From contig JABIRL010000182.1 in NCBI GenBank assembly GCA_018667855.1, positions 5,503 to 69,502 on the forward strand: a stretch of 64,000 nt of DNA. The letters are read 5' to 3'. Position 1 is the first letter of the stretch; every line of letters starts with the position of its first letter. Origin of the DNA: Rhodospirillaceae bacterium. GTDB lineage: Bacteria; Pseudomonadota; Alphaproteobacteria; GCA-2731375. The notes under the pieces are model-generated. The model did not search any database. It saw only the letters and a program-made list of their open reading frames with translations, and had not been told where the DNA came from. Shown piece after piece: positions 25,896-34,600 of the stretch. The position numbers and the translations under genes were made by a program.

Positions 25896-26735
25896 CTAAT
25901 TTCCGGTAAAGTTGGGCGCGCGGCGTTCAACGAAATGCGCGACGCCTTCCTTGAAGTCCTCGGATTCAAAACTGGCCGGCATTTCGCTGTTGGCCAGCAG
26001 CACGGAATGTTCCAGGGAATTCAACATGGCCTGATAGATCTGCCGCTTCATTACCCGAATGGACCGTGGCGAGGCCAATGTGGCCATTTCCGTGGCATAG
26101 GCGCGAACGTCATCCATGAAGCTTTCCATGGGGTAGACCTTGCTGACCAAACCCATCTCTTTAGCCTCAGCGGCGGTGAATTTTCGCGCCGAAAGAGTGA
26201 TGTCCAGGGCGTTGGCCGGGCCGATCAGGGTCGGCAGCATCCAGGAAATACCATGCTCGGCGATCAGGCCGCGGCGGGAAAAAGCGGTGGAGAACACCGC
26301 CGCGTCGGAGGCGAAACGCACATCGCAATAAAGCGACATGATCAGGCCCAGACCAGCCGCCGGACCGTTGATGGCGGCAATGATCGGCTTCGGCACCGTG
26401 GGAAAATAAGTGTAACGCAGGCTGAAATCGTTCGAGAGCGACAGACCGCCGGGAATGGCGTTATCGACTGCCCGGACACTGTCCGAGGTGGGGCCGCCGC
26501 TGGAGGCGCCCTGCTGGATGCTGTTCAAATTGTTCATATCCGCGCCGGAGCAAAAGCCCCGCCCGGCGCCGGTCAGAATGATCGCACCAACCGCATCGTC
26601 GCCCGAAGCCTCTATCAGGGCGGCGCGGACCTCTGTCTCCATCACGCCGGTCCAGGCATTCAGCTTGTCCGGTCGGTTCAGGGTGATGGTGGCGATCTTG
26701 TCGGAGACGTCATAGAGAATTTCGCTGTAGGCCAT
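25896..26735 (-). CDS. Enoyl-CoA hydratase/isomerase (crotonase) family protein
   Basis: ITLNRPDKLNAW ... ILTGAGRGFCSGADM crotonase oxyanion-hole motifs. Confidence 0.8.
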   Translation of the reverse strand: MAYSEILYDVSDKIATITLNRPDKLNAWTGVMETEVRAALIEASGDDAVGAIILTGAGRGFCSGADMNNLNSIQQGASSGGPTSDSVRAVDNAIPGGLSLSNDFSLRYTYFPTVPKPIIAAINGPAAGLGLIMSLYCDVRFASDAAVFSTAFSRRGLIAEHGISWMLPTLIGPANALDITLSARKFTAAEAKEMGLVSKVYPMESFMDDVRAYATEMATLASPRSIRVMKRQIYQAMLNSLEHSVLLANSEMPASFESEDFKEGVAHFVERRAPNFTGN

Positions 26736-26890
26736 GGTTTTATCCTTTGTAGGCTCGAATACTGGCTCGAATGCTGGCTCGATCTGGCGCCAGTTTAAAC
26801 CGATGGGCGGCAAATGCGAATCGTGATGTGATACCACCGCCGTTACCGGTTAAACTGATAACCATCGGATAAGGTCATGAGAAGCAGATC

Positions 26891-27301
26891 ATGTCGGAAC
26901 TGGACGCCGTATTGTTCGCCAACGAGGCCTTTTACCGGGCCTTCGCGGATCGGGATATGGACATCATGGCAGAGGCCTGGGCCGAAGATGCGGCAGTCAG
27001 CTGTATCCATCCCGGCTGGGGCCTGCTGGAGGGGCGGGACGAGGTCCTGCTAAGCTGGCAGGCGATCCTGGACAATCCTGGTTCACCGGCCATTCAGTGC
27101 CTCGCCGCCCGCGCCCATATGCTAGGCGAAATGGCTTACGTGATCTGTTTTGAGGAGATCCAGGGCAATTACCTGATCGCCACCAATATTTTCGTCCATG
27201 AAGGCAAGCGGTGGCGTCTGGTCCACCATCAAGCCGGCGCCACGGCTGAAAAACCGCCCGCCGACCCGGATGACGAAGGCGAAAGCGGCCTGATCAATTA
27301 A
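26891..27301 (+). CDS. SnoaL-like / NTF2-like (ketosteroid-isomerase-like) domain protein
   Basis: 136 aa. Pattern VLFANEAFYRAFADRDMDIMAEAWAED ... matches DUF4440 / SnoaL-like proteins. Confidence 0.5.
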   Translation: MSELDAVLFANEAFYRAFADRDMDIMAEAWAEDAAVSCIHPGWGLLEGRDEVLLSWQAILDNPGSPAIQCLAARAHMLGEMAYVICFEEIQGNYLIATNIFVHEGKRWRLVHHQAGATAEKPPADPDDEGESGLIN

Positions 27302-27310
27302 GCAGGCGTT

Positions 27311-28177
27311 CTACCTCGCATCCTCGAACACCGCCAGCAAGCGCGTCTCGACGCTGCGGCGGGGCAGGGAATCTTCCGCCGAGCCGGGAATATCGAAGGA
27401 TGTATGCGGGCAATAGATGGCTTGGTCAGGTTGCTGGTTCAATTGCGTGAAGACCAGGACTTCCCAGGTTTCCATTTGGGGAAAGTACCACCACTTGTGG
27501 GCCGGGTTGTGCACGGGGGCCGAGACCAGGCTATCGTTGCCCCGGCCGGTATAGAAATAACCGATCACGTCGTCTTCGGGCAGGGATTCCCAGTCGATTA
27601 TGGCCAGGGGATTGTTCTGTACCTGATGGTCGAACGGCTGCCAGGTGTTGTACCAGGCGTAGGTCCAGTTATCTTGCGGGCTCAAACCTTCGCGGGCCAG
27701 CAACTCGGCGGTCATATCGCCCAGACGGGCCATGTTGTAGTCGCAGTGGACAAACCGGGAATAGCCGTCGTTGAAATCAATGGGTTTCTCGGTGCGGATC
27801 AGATGGCTGCGGGTGATGGCCCGGCTGGCCCCGGTTACCCGGCAGATCAGATCTTCCATCTCGCCATGATATGTCGCGGCCACTTCGTCCGGATCACGAA
27901 AATTACCGACCTGTGAGTGATTTTCGGACAGGGTGAAGCCATTGCGTTTCAAATTCAAATCGTCCGCCGCCAGGCGCGGGCGGGCGTCATGCATGATGGC
28001 GTCCTGAAATGAGGTATTGGCGCGGCGGGTCTCGCGGGAGCCGATGCGCGGCGTTTCATCCCGTCCTTTCCATTCAGCGTTCACATAACGCACCTTGGCC
28101 TCTGTCGTGTATGGCGAAACCTGCGCTGCCTGTTCACTCACGATGTCATCCCCCCTGCCTGTATGTTTCCATGCCAT
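27311..28177 (-). CDS. Hypothetical protein, possibly CmcJ/NvfI-family oxidoreductase-like
   Basis: About 288 aa, soluble, with an FVHCDYN motif. Family assignment is tentative. The 5' end overlaps the tetR stop by 40 nt, so the real start may be internal. Confidence 0.3.
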   Translation of the reverse strand: MAWKHTGRGDDIVSEQAAQVSPYTTEAKVRYVNAEWKGRDETPRIGSRETRRANTSFQDAIMHDARPRLAADDLNLKRNGFTLSENHSQVGNFRDPDEVAATYHGEMEDLICRVTGASRAITRSHLIRTEKPIDFNDGYSRFVHCDYNMARLGDMTAELLAREGLSPQDNWTYAWYNTWQPFDHQVQNNPLAIIDWESLPEDDVIGYFYTGRGNDSLVSAPVHNPAHKWWYFPQMETWEVLVFTQLNQQPDQAIYCPHTSFDIPGSAEDSLPRRSVETRLLAVFEDAR

Positions 28178-28773
28178 TCTACCATATTCAGTGCCAGATC
28201 CCCATAACGTTCCCCAAGCAGCTCAGCCGAGAGGGGGCCATCGGCGCGATACCAAGCGGCCACGGCAGTACACATGGTCATGATGGCCAGCACGGTCTCG
28301 TCGCGATGGGTACAATGAAAGGCGCCCTCGGCCATGCCCGCGCCCACCACGGCGCGAAAAATTCCGCCGATTTCGTCCCGCAGAGCCACCGCCCGAGCGC
28401 GGTCCTTTTCGCCCAGGCTGCGCAGTTCGGTGTTGCCCACGAATGATTCCGCCTGGCTCGCCGTATGCAGGGCGACATGGGCCCGCACCATCGCCGCCAA
28501 TTGCGCCGCCGGGTCAGACCCCGCCGACGCTCGGGCCGACGTAAGCGACACCAGCAAATCTTCCGTGACCTGAAAGATCAAAGCGCGCAGCAGGTCCGCC
28601 TTGGACGGGAAGTAGTAATAGGCATGGCTGATCGCGGTGCCGGCGCGGGCCGCGATATTGCGCATGGAGGTACCGTGGAAGCCCTGTTCGAAAAAGGCTT
28701 CCAAGGCCGCCTGCAACACTACTTCTCGGGTCCGCTCGGGGGCATCGTTGGCGGCCGCCGCGCCGTGAGCCAT
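28138..28773 (-). CDS. TetR/AcrR-family transcriptional regulator
   Basis: N-terminal HTH: REVVLQAALEAFFEQGFHGTSMRNIAARAGTAISHAYYYFPSKADLL. Confidence 0.8.
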   Translation of the reverse strand: MAHGAAAANDAPERTREVVLQAALEAFFEQGFHGTSMRNIAARAGTAISHAYYYFPSKADLLRALIFQVTEDLLVSLTSARASAGSDPAAQLAAMVRAHVALHTASQAESFVGNTELRSLGEKDRARAVALRDEIGGIFRAVVGAGMAEGAFHCTHRDETVLAIMTMCTAVAAWYRADGPLSAELLGERYGDLALNMVEWHGNIQAGGMTS

Positions 28774-28782
28774 GACCGCTGC

Positions 28783-30513
28783 CTATTCCGCCGCTTCCGT
28801 TTGGGCTTGCGGCAGGCCGGTGCCGAAACGCAGCAGGCGGCCCGAATAGGTCTCTGTCTGCTGATCATCCTTGATCGTCACCTCACCATTGACCAGGACA
28901 TAGCGATAGCCCTTGGCCCGCTGCACCCGGCGCCATTCGCCCGCCGGCATGTCGTGCACGATCTCGTCGGGCAGCACTTCCAGGTTTTCATAGTCATAGA
29001 CGATGATGTCCGCCGGCGCGCCCTTGGACAGGGTACCGCGGCCCTGGAAACCGCCGAATTGCGCCGGCAGGGCGGAAAGCCGCCAGTGGGCCTCTTCCAG
29101 GGATATCATGTTGTTTTCACGCACGATCTTGACGATTGTTTCGGTTGGGTAACGGCCAGCGGTGAGGAATTTGGTATGCGCGCCACCGTCCGATACACCA
29201 AACAAAACATAAGGATCGTCGACAATTTCCTTGAGGTGTTCCAGGCTGCCATTGGGCGGCGCGGCAAAGAAATCGGTCTTCAGATCCTCTTCCACCGCCA
29301 TGTCCAGCATCACATCCACCGGATGCTTGCCGGTTTTTTCCCCTACCAGGGCCAAGGTGTGATCCAGCCATTGCTGGTTTTTTTCCAATTGCGGGCCGAC
29401 GATGACGATTTCCGGTAAGGGACCGATGGCGGTGCGGGGCATTTTTTCCTTCAATACCTCGCGGCGGGCGGGATCGGCCAGCTTGGCCTTGCGTTCCTCC
29501 AGCGTGCCGGTGGTAGCTTCACACCAGGCTTCGATGTCGTCGAACAGGTTCCAGTTTTCGAACGTGAAGGTGAAACCGGCGTCCGTGGTCAGCCCCTGGG
29601 CGACCACGCGGATACCCCGGTCGCGGCAAGATTCGAGCCATTTCAGGGTGGCGCGATGGATTTCCGGCTTGTGGTCAAAGGCCTGGACCACGTTCATGAT
29701 GATCGGCCGGCCGGAAATCTCGGCCATTTCCTCGTAGAATTTCCGATCCTTCTCGTTGTCGCCGGAAACCAGCAGCATCTGCATGAAGCCTTCGTTGCGC
29801 CGGCGCAGCACCTTAGCGAATTCGCGGCAGGTATCGTCGTGCATGACGTCCGTGGGCATGGGCGTGCCGTCATAGTCCCGCTGCACCGCCGCCGGGCCCG
29901 TGGGCAGCATGCGCTGTGCCGACCAACCGCAGGCACCGGCATCCATGGCCTCGTTCAACAACCGTACCAGCTCGGCATGTTCCTCATCCGTGGGCTTGCG
30001 GCCCGCCTTGGCATCCTCCAACCCCATGACCCAGACCAGGAACGGTGAAATGGGCACATAAGGCAGCACGTTCATGGCCTTGGGCGCGCGATCGACACTA
30101 TCCAGGAATTCGGGAAAGGTGACCCAGTCCCACGGCATGCCCGCCTGCATGGAGGCCAGGGGAATGGCTTCCACCCGGGTCATGGACAACATGGAACGGT
30201 CGCGTTCCTCCGGCCGCACGGGGGCGAAGCCAAAGCCGCAGTTGCAAATCACCACCGAAGTAATGCCGTGCCAGCCCGAAATGGTGCAGTAAGGGTCCCA
30301 GAACAGCTGGGCATCGTAATGGGTGTGCAGATCGACAAAGCCGGGCGCCACCACAAGGCCATGGGCATCGATCACTTCGTCACCGTCGGCACCGTCTATG
30401 TGGCCGATTTCGGCGATCACGCCATCCTTGATGCCGATATCGCCGCGAAAGCGCGGCAGCCGCGTTCCATCGATGATCATGCCGTTCTTGATTACGCGGT
30501 CGTAGCGGGCCAT
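28783..30513 (-). CDS. N-acyl-D-amino-acid deacylase (D-aminoacylase) family amidohydrolase
   Basis: VIKNGMIIDGT ... APGFVDLHTHYD ... ICNCGFGFAP, with a long inserted domain typical of D-aminoacylases. Confidence 0.8.
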   Translation of the reverse strand: MARYDRVIKNGMIIDGTRLPRFRGDIGIKDGVIAEIGHIDGADGDEVIDAHGLVVAPGFVDLHTHYDAQLFWDPYCTISGWHGITSVVICNCGFGFAPVRPEERDRSMLSMTRVEAIPLASMQAGMPWDWVTFPEFLDSVDRAPKAMNVLPYVPISPFLVWVMGLEDAKAGRKPTDEEHAELVRLLNEAMDAGACGWSAQRMLPTGPAAVQRDYDGTPMPTDVMHDDTCREFAKVLRRRNEGFMQMLLVSGDNEKDRKFYEEMAEISGRPIIMNVVQAFDHKPEIHRATLKWLESCRDRGIRVVAQGLTTDAGFTFTFENWNLFDDIEAWCEATTGTLEERKAKLADPARREVLKEKMPRTAIGPLPEIVIVGPQLEKNQQWLDHTLALVGEKTGKHPVDVMLDMAVEEDLKTDFFAAPPNGSLEHLKEIVDDPYVLFGVSDGGAHTKFLTAGRYPTETIVKIVRENNMISLEEAHWRLSALPAQFGGFQGRGTLSKGAPADIIVYDYENLEVLPDEIVHDMPAGEWRRVQRAKGYRYVLVNGEVTIKDDQQTETYSGRLLRFGTGLPQAQTEAAE

Positions 30514-30537
30514 GGCTTAGTCCTCATAAGGCTGAAA

Positions 30538-30555
30538 TTTGAACGAATGTTCAAA
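30538..30555. promoter_or_regulatory. Palindrome TTTGAAC-gaat-GTTCAAA upstream of the D-aminoacylase-tetR operon (candidate TetR operator)
   Basis: 7-bp perfect inverted arms, 25 nt upstream of the D-aminoacylase start codon. Confidence 0.35.
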
Positions 30556-30605
30556 CAATTGAGGAACGCTGTCAAGGTGACAACAGCGCCGGGCGCCCCG
30601 CACAG

Positions 30606-31793
30606 TCAATCATATGGCCGCAATAGATCCCGGCTGATGACCACGTTCTGAATTTCCGTGGTGCCGTCGATGTAGTTAGCCATCTTGGCGCAGGCCAGAT
30701 GGCGGGCCAGGGGGTATTCATGCTTGTAACCATTGGCGCCCATGGCCTGCATACATTCGGCCACGCCTTTCTGGGCCGCGCGGGTGGCGAATTTCTTAGC
30801 ATGGGCGGCGGGAATGGCCGCCGGCCCGCCGGCATCGATAACGGCGATCGCGTCGTAGGCCATCAGGCGGCTGGCATGCAGGTCCGTGGCGACGTCGGCC
30901 AATTGCCATTGCAGACCCTGAAAATCGGCGAGGCGCTGACCGAAGGCCTGGCGGCCGGCGCAATAGGCCAGAGCCACGTCCAGGCTGTTGGCCATGATGC
31001 CGCAGCACATGGCGGCCACATTGGCGCGGGCCAGATCGATGCCGGCCATGGCGCCCTTGAAGCCCTCGCCCGGCGGCAGCAGCACGGCGTCATCGGCGAC
31101 CCGCACATCCTCGAAACGGAAACCTCCAACGCCCAGGACGTGGGCCCCCATCATACTGTAGGTCGCCTCGCGAATGACGCCGGGCTGCTCCGCCTCGATC
31201 AGGAAGGTGGCGATACCGCGCCAGCCCTTGGCGGCATCGGTCTGGGCATAGACGCTCAACAGACCGGCCGTCGCGGCATTCGAGACCCAGGCCTTGGCAC
31301 CGTTGATGACCCAGCCGTCATTGTCTCGCCGGGCCGTGGTGGTCATGTTGGCGGCGTCCGAGCCGCCCTGCGGCTCGGTCAATAAAAACGCGCCCAGGCA
31401 ATCACCAGACAGCATGGCCGGCAGATAGCGTTCCCGCTGGGCCGGGGTGCCGGCCGTTGCGATGGCGTTCATGAAGTTGTTATGCACGATCATGGCGAAC
31501 GCGTAGGCCATGTCCGCCTTGGCCAACTCCTCCATGACATGGGCCATGGCGGTCTTGGACAGACCGCCGCCGCCAAGATCCGTGGACAACAGCATGCCGC
31601 ACAAGCCGGCCTCGGCCGCCGCATGGACGCCATCCGTCGGCAGTGCCCTGTTTTCTTCCCAAGCGGCGGCATTGGGCGCGATATAATTGGCGGCGAAATT
31701 CGCGGCAGCCTTAATCATTGGGTGTGATGCGGGATCTTGGTCAGAATTGGAGGGGCGTTCCATGTTACTCTCCACTATGATTTCCGTGGCCAT
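30606..31793 (-). CDS. Acyl-CoA dehydrogenase
   Basis: ACAD N-terminal, middle and C-terminal domains (GGLSKTAMAHVMEELAKADMAYAFA ... GAFLLTEPQGGSDAANMTTTA ... YAGRQAFGQRLADFQGLQWQLADVATD). Confidence 0.85.
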   Translation of the reverse strand: MATEIIVESNMERPSNSDQDPASHPMIKAAANFAANYIAPNAAAWEENRALPTDGVHAAAEAGLCGMLLSTDLGGGGLSKTAMAHVMEELAKADMAYAFAMIVHNNFMNAIATAGTPAQRERYLPAMLSGDCLGAFLLTEPQGGSDAANMTTTARRDNDGWVINGAKAWVSNAATAGLLSVYAQTDAAKGWRGIATFLIEAEQPGVIREATYSMMGAHVLGVGGFRFEDVRVADDAVLLPPGEGFKGAMAGIDLARANVAAMCCGIMANSLDVALAYCAGRQAFGQRLADFQGLQWQLADVATDLHASRLMAYDAIAVIDAGGPAAIPAAHAKKFATRAAQKGVAECMQAMGANGYKHEYPLARHLACAKMANYIDGTTEIQNVVISRDLLRPYD

Positions 31794-31825
31794 ATTCGGC
31801 TAAGGCGTAAGGACAAACAAGCAGC

Positions 31826-32500
31826 ATGCTATTGGCCATCGAAGGTATTGACGGCGCCGGCAAGGGAACTCTGTGTGGAGAGTTATTGGCCCTGGCGGAG
31901 GCAGCCGGCGTTCGGGCGGCGGCGCTGTCTTTCCCCCGTTACGAGGAAACCCGTTTTTCCGAACTGGTGGGCGCCTACCTGCGCGGCGACATGGGCGCCA
32001 TTGATCAGGTTCCCGTTCGCTACGCCGCCCTGTTGTTCGGCGGCGACCGCTTTGAAAGCCGCGGTAAACTGATGACGTTGATCGCCGATCATGACCTGAT
32101 CATCCTGGATCGCTATGTTTCCTCCAACATCGCTTACAACGCCGCCAAGCTTTCCGGAGTTGCGCGGGCCGAGCTGATCGCCTGGATCGAACAACTGGAA
32201 TTTGGCTTGTTCGATCTGCCCCGCCCGGATCTAACCTTACTGTTGGCGACCTCCACCCAGCTGGCGGACCGATTGGTCGGCGAAAAGGATGCCCGCAGCT
32301 ACACCGAACAGACCCGCGATATGCACGAAGCCGACCGTGACTATCTGACCATCGTCACGGAAGTCTATGGCGATCTGGCCAGGTCGGGCGGCCAGGCCTG
32401 GCTGACCGTTGATCCCCTGGACGACAACGGCAAACTGCGGCCGCCGTCGGATATTGCGGCGGCGATCTGGGCGGATGCCAGATTTTCCGAACTAAGGTAG
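31826..32500 (+). CDS. Thymidylate (dTMP) kinase family P-loop kinase, likely a paralogue
   Basis: LAIEGIDGAGKGT P-loop, LDRYVSSNIAY (DRY motif) and a lid region, at Tmk-like length. Confidence 0.55.
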   Translation: MLLAIEGIDGAGKGTLCGELLALAEAAGVRAAALSFPRYEETRFSELVGAYLRGDMGAIDQVPVRYAALLFGGDRFESRGKLMTLIADHDLIILDRYVSSNIAYNAAKLSGVARAELIAWIEQLEFGLFDLPRPDLTLLLATSTQLADRLVGEKDARSYTEQTRDMHEADRDYLTIVTEVYGDLARSGGQAWLTVDPLDDNGKLRPPSDIAAAIWADARFSELR

Positions 32501-32833
32501 TTCCAGACGCACCACCAGGGCGGCGGAGGCGATCACCGCCACGTCACCCAAGGCTTCATCGGGCACGTCCAGGCCGCCCTTCACCACATTCACGGTGACG
32601 GTACCGTAAGGCAGAGCCGCCTGTACCGCCGCCTTGTCCACCGCGTCGGGTTTCTGTACGCCGATGGTGACGTCCACATACATACCGTCGGCGCCGACGC
32701 CCAGGGTCCGCAGCATGGTCAGCGAGGAATGGTGCAGGGCATCATCGACGGCCCGACGGGCGGCCTTGGTATAATCACCGCCGTGCAGATCGTTGCCGGC
32801 ACCCATTTCCAAAATAACGCGTTTCTTGGTCAT
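32492..32833 (-). CDS. Small conserved hypothetical protein, possibly Lin0512-type family; tandem paralogue A
   Basis: 113 aa, MTKKRVILEMGAGNDLHGGDYTKAARRAVDDALHHSSL ... About 45% identical to the next gene. Confidence 0.4.
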   Translation of the reverse strand: MTKKRVILEMGAGNDLHGGDYTKAARRAVDDALHHSSLTMLRTLGVGADGMYVDVTIGVQKPDAVDKAAVQAALPYGTVTVNVVKGGLDVPDEALGDVAVIASAALVVRLELP

Positions 32834-32845
32834 GATGAACTCTCC

Positions 32846-33187
32846 CTACGCCACATCCAGATACACAACGGCGGCGGCGTGGGCCATGATCGTTCCATCC
32901 GTGCCGGCCTCATTGGGTATTTGCAAACCGCCTTCTACGACCTCCACCGTGCCGGTACCGTGGGGCAGCACGGCGAGCACTTGCTCCTTGTCCACCTGAT
33001 CCGGTTGCGGGACGCCGATGGTCACGGCCACCTGCATGGAATCCACATCCAGGTCCAGGGCGTGGGCCACGGTCAGGGAATTGTGCCATAGCGCATCCCG
33101 CAGGGCGCGGACCGCCGCTTTGGTCGAATCCGTGCCACGAATATCGGTACCCATGCCGATCTCCAGCACCATACGTTTCATTGTCAT
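32846..33187 (-). CDS. Small conserved hypothetical protein; tandem paralogue B
   Basis: MTMKRMVLEIGMGTDIRGTDSTKAAVRALRDALWHNSL ... with the same architecture as paralogue A. Confidence 0.4.
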   Translation of the reverse strand: MTMKRMVLEIGMGTDIRGTDSTKAAVRALRDALWHNSLTVAHALDLDVDSMQVAVTIGVPQPDQVDKEQVLAVLPHGTGTVEVVEGGLQIPNEAGTDGTIMAHAAAVVYLDVA

Positions 33188-33278
33188 GTTAAAATCGTCT
33201 CCCGTGAAATCTATCTGCATATGCATTAGTGTTTCGTGTCGGGGAAGTCCAGGCCGGCGTCGGAAACGGAGAGGAAGC

Positions 33279-34094
33279 ATGGCTGATCTGAGAATATTTT
33301 CTTACATGCCGAACCCGCGTATCTGGAAGGCGACCATCGCTGCCCGCCTTTGCGGTGTCGAGCTGGACCTGCGCGGCGCCAAACCAGGGCAATTGGCAGA
33401 CTGGCTGTGGGATTTCGACGCCCGCCCGCTGACAGCGGAAGACCGGGCCAAGCAGGGTGATTTGGCGCGGCAAAGCCGAACCGGATTTTCGGGACAGCTG
33501 TTCAAGACCGATGCCTTCCTGGCGGCGCATCCCTTCGGCACGGTGCCGGCGGCCTTCAGCCCGGATGGCGAGGTCGGCATATTCGAATCCAACAGCATCG
33601 CCCGCACCGTGGCACGGCTGCGCCGCCATGGCCCCGACCTTTATGGCGATGATCCCTATGCCGCCGCCCGCATCGACAGCTTCCTTGATGTCAGTCTGGT
33701 GTTCGCGCGGGATGGCCAAGTTTATCTGCTGTCCCTGAACAACGGTTCCGTGGATGAGGGTATTCACGGCAACGCGGCGGCGGCCTATGAAACATACATG
33801 AACGGGATGGAGGCTGCCCTTTCGCCGGATCACGCCTATTTAGTAGGTGATGATCTGACCCTGGCGGATATCGTCTTCGTGGCGGAACTATGCTCCTTCG
33901 CCCGGGAAGCGGCACATCTGGAGCGCCTGGCGGAGCGAAACCTGCCGACGATATTCAAGTTCGATGCACCCGCATCTCACCCACGGGCCATGGCCCATTT
34001 CGAAAGACTTTGCCAACATCCCGCATTCGTGCCGGACATCGAGCCATTTATGGAAAAGTTAGAGGCGCGGCGACTGAAATCCGCAACCGGCTAG
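33279..34094 (+). CDS. Glutathione S-transferase-like protein
   Basis: 271 aa from MADLRIF, with a thioredoxin-like N-domain and helical C-domain pattern. GGAGAGGAAG RBS. Confidence 0.55.
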   Translation: MADLRIFSYMPNPRIWKATIAARLCGVELDLRGAKPGQLADWLWDFDARPLTAEDRAKQGDLARQSRTGFSGQLFKTDAFLAAHPFGTVPAAFSPDGEVGIFESNSIARTVARLRRHGPDLYGDDPYAAARIDSFLDVSLVFARDGQVYLLSLNNGSVDEGIHGNAAAAYETYMNGMEAALSPDHAYLVGDDLTLADIVFVAELCSFAREAAHLERLAERNLPTIFKFDAPASHPRAMAHFERLCQHPAFVPDIEPFMEKLEARRLKSATG

Positions 34095-34098
34095 GCGC

Positions 34099-34374
34099 CT
34101 AATGCCGTGCCTGGGTGGGCGGCGTTTCGTCGGCCAGCTCCAGATCATCCTCGGCCGTCATGGCGCCGGCGGATGCGGCGGCGAGAATTTCCCCGGCCGT
34201 GGCGCCAGACGAGGTCGCGGCATAGGCGGCGAATTCAAGCAAGGTGAGGGCCAGACATTTAGGACAAATGTTTTCCCGCGCCATGACTGTCATCAAGCCA
34301 TTGCCAACCGCATCGTCGATCAGACCGCGGATTTCCTCTTCGTATTCGTCGGCATGTTTGAAGTCATCATCCAT
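34099..34374 (-). CDS. Small acidic hypothetical protein
   Basis: 91 aa, Asp/Glu-rich, with a CPKC pair. No family recognised. Confidence 0.3.
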   Translation of the reverse strand: MDDDFKHADEYEEEIRGLIDDAVGNGLMTVMARENICPKCLALTLLEFAAYAATSSGATAGEILAAASAGAMTAEDDLELADETPPTQARH

Positions 34375-34547
34375 ATTCGCCTCAACACCGTTTAGAGCAA
34401 CCCGCGGTCAATTGGCTTCAATTGACTGCGGATAAGTTGCTCTATCTCAAAGGTTTTAGCGCATGGCCGCGCGTTCAATTGTACCCGACATGCGCTAGAT
34501 CGGAATGAATTCCGATTTGCCGTCCTTCATAGGCCCAAACGAAACCA

Positions 34548-34573
34548 GCCGAAACCGATTTCTCGGCTTCGGC
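34548..34573 (-). terminator. Possible terminator hairpin downstream of the cytochrome/beta-barrel operon
   Basis: gccgaa ... ttcggc inverted repeat with a nested ccga/tcgg stem, 30 nt past the barrel-gene stop. The U-tract is weak. Confidence 0.3.
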
Positions 34574-34600
34574 CAACTTCACAATTTTGGAACTTGTTTT

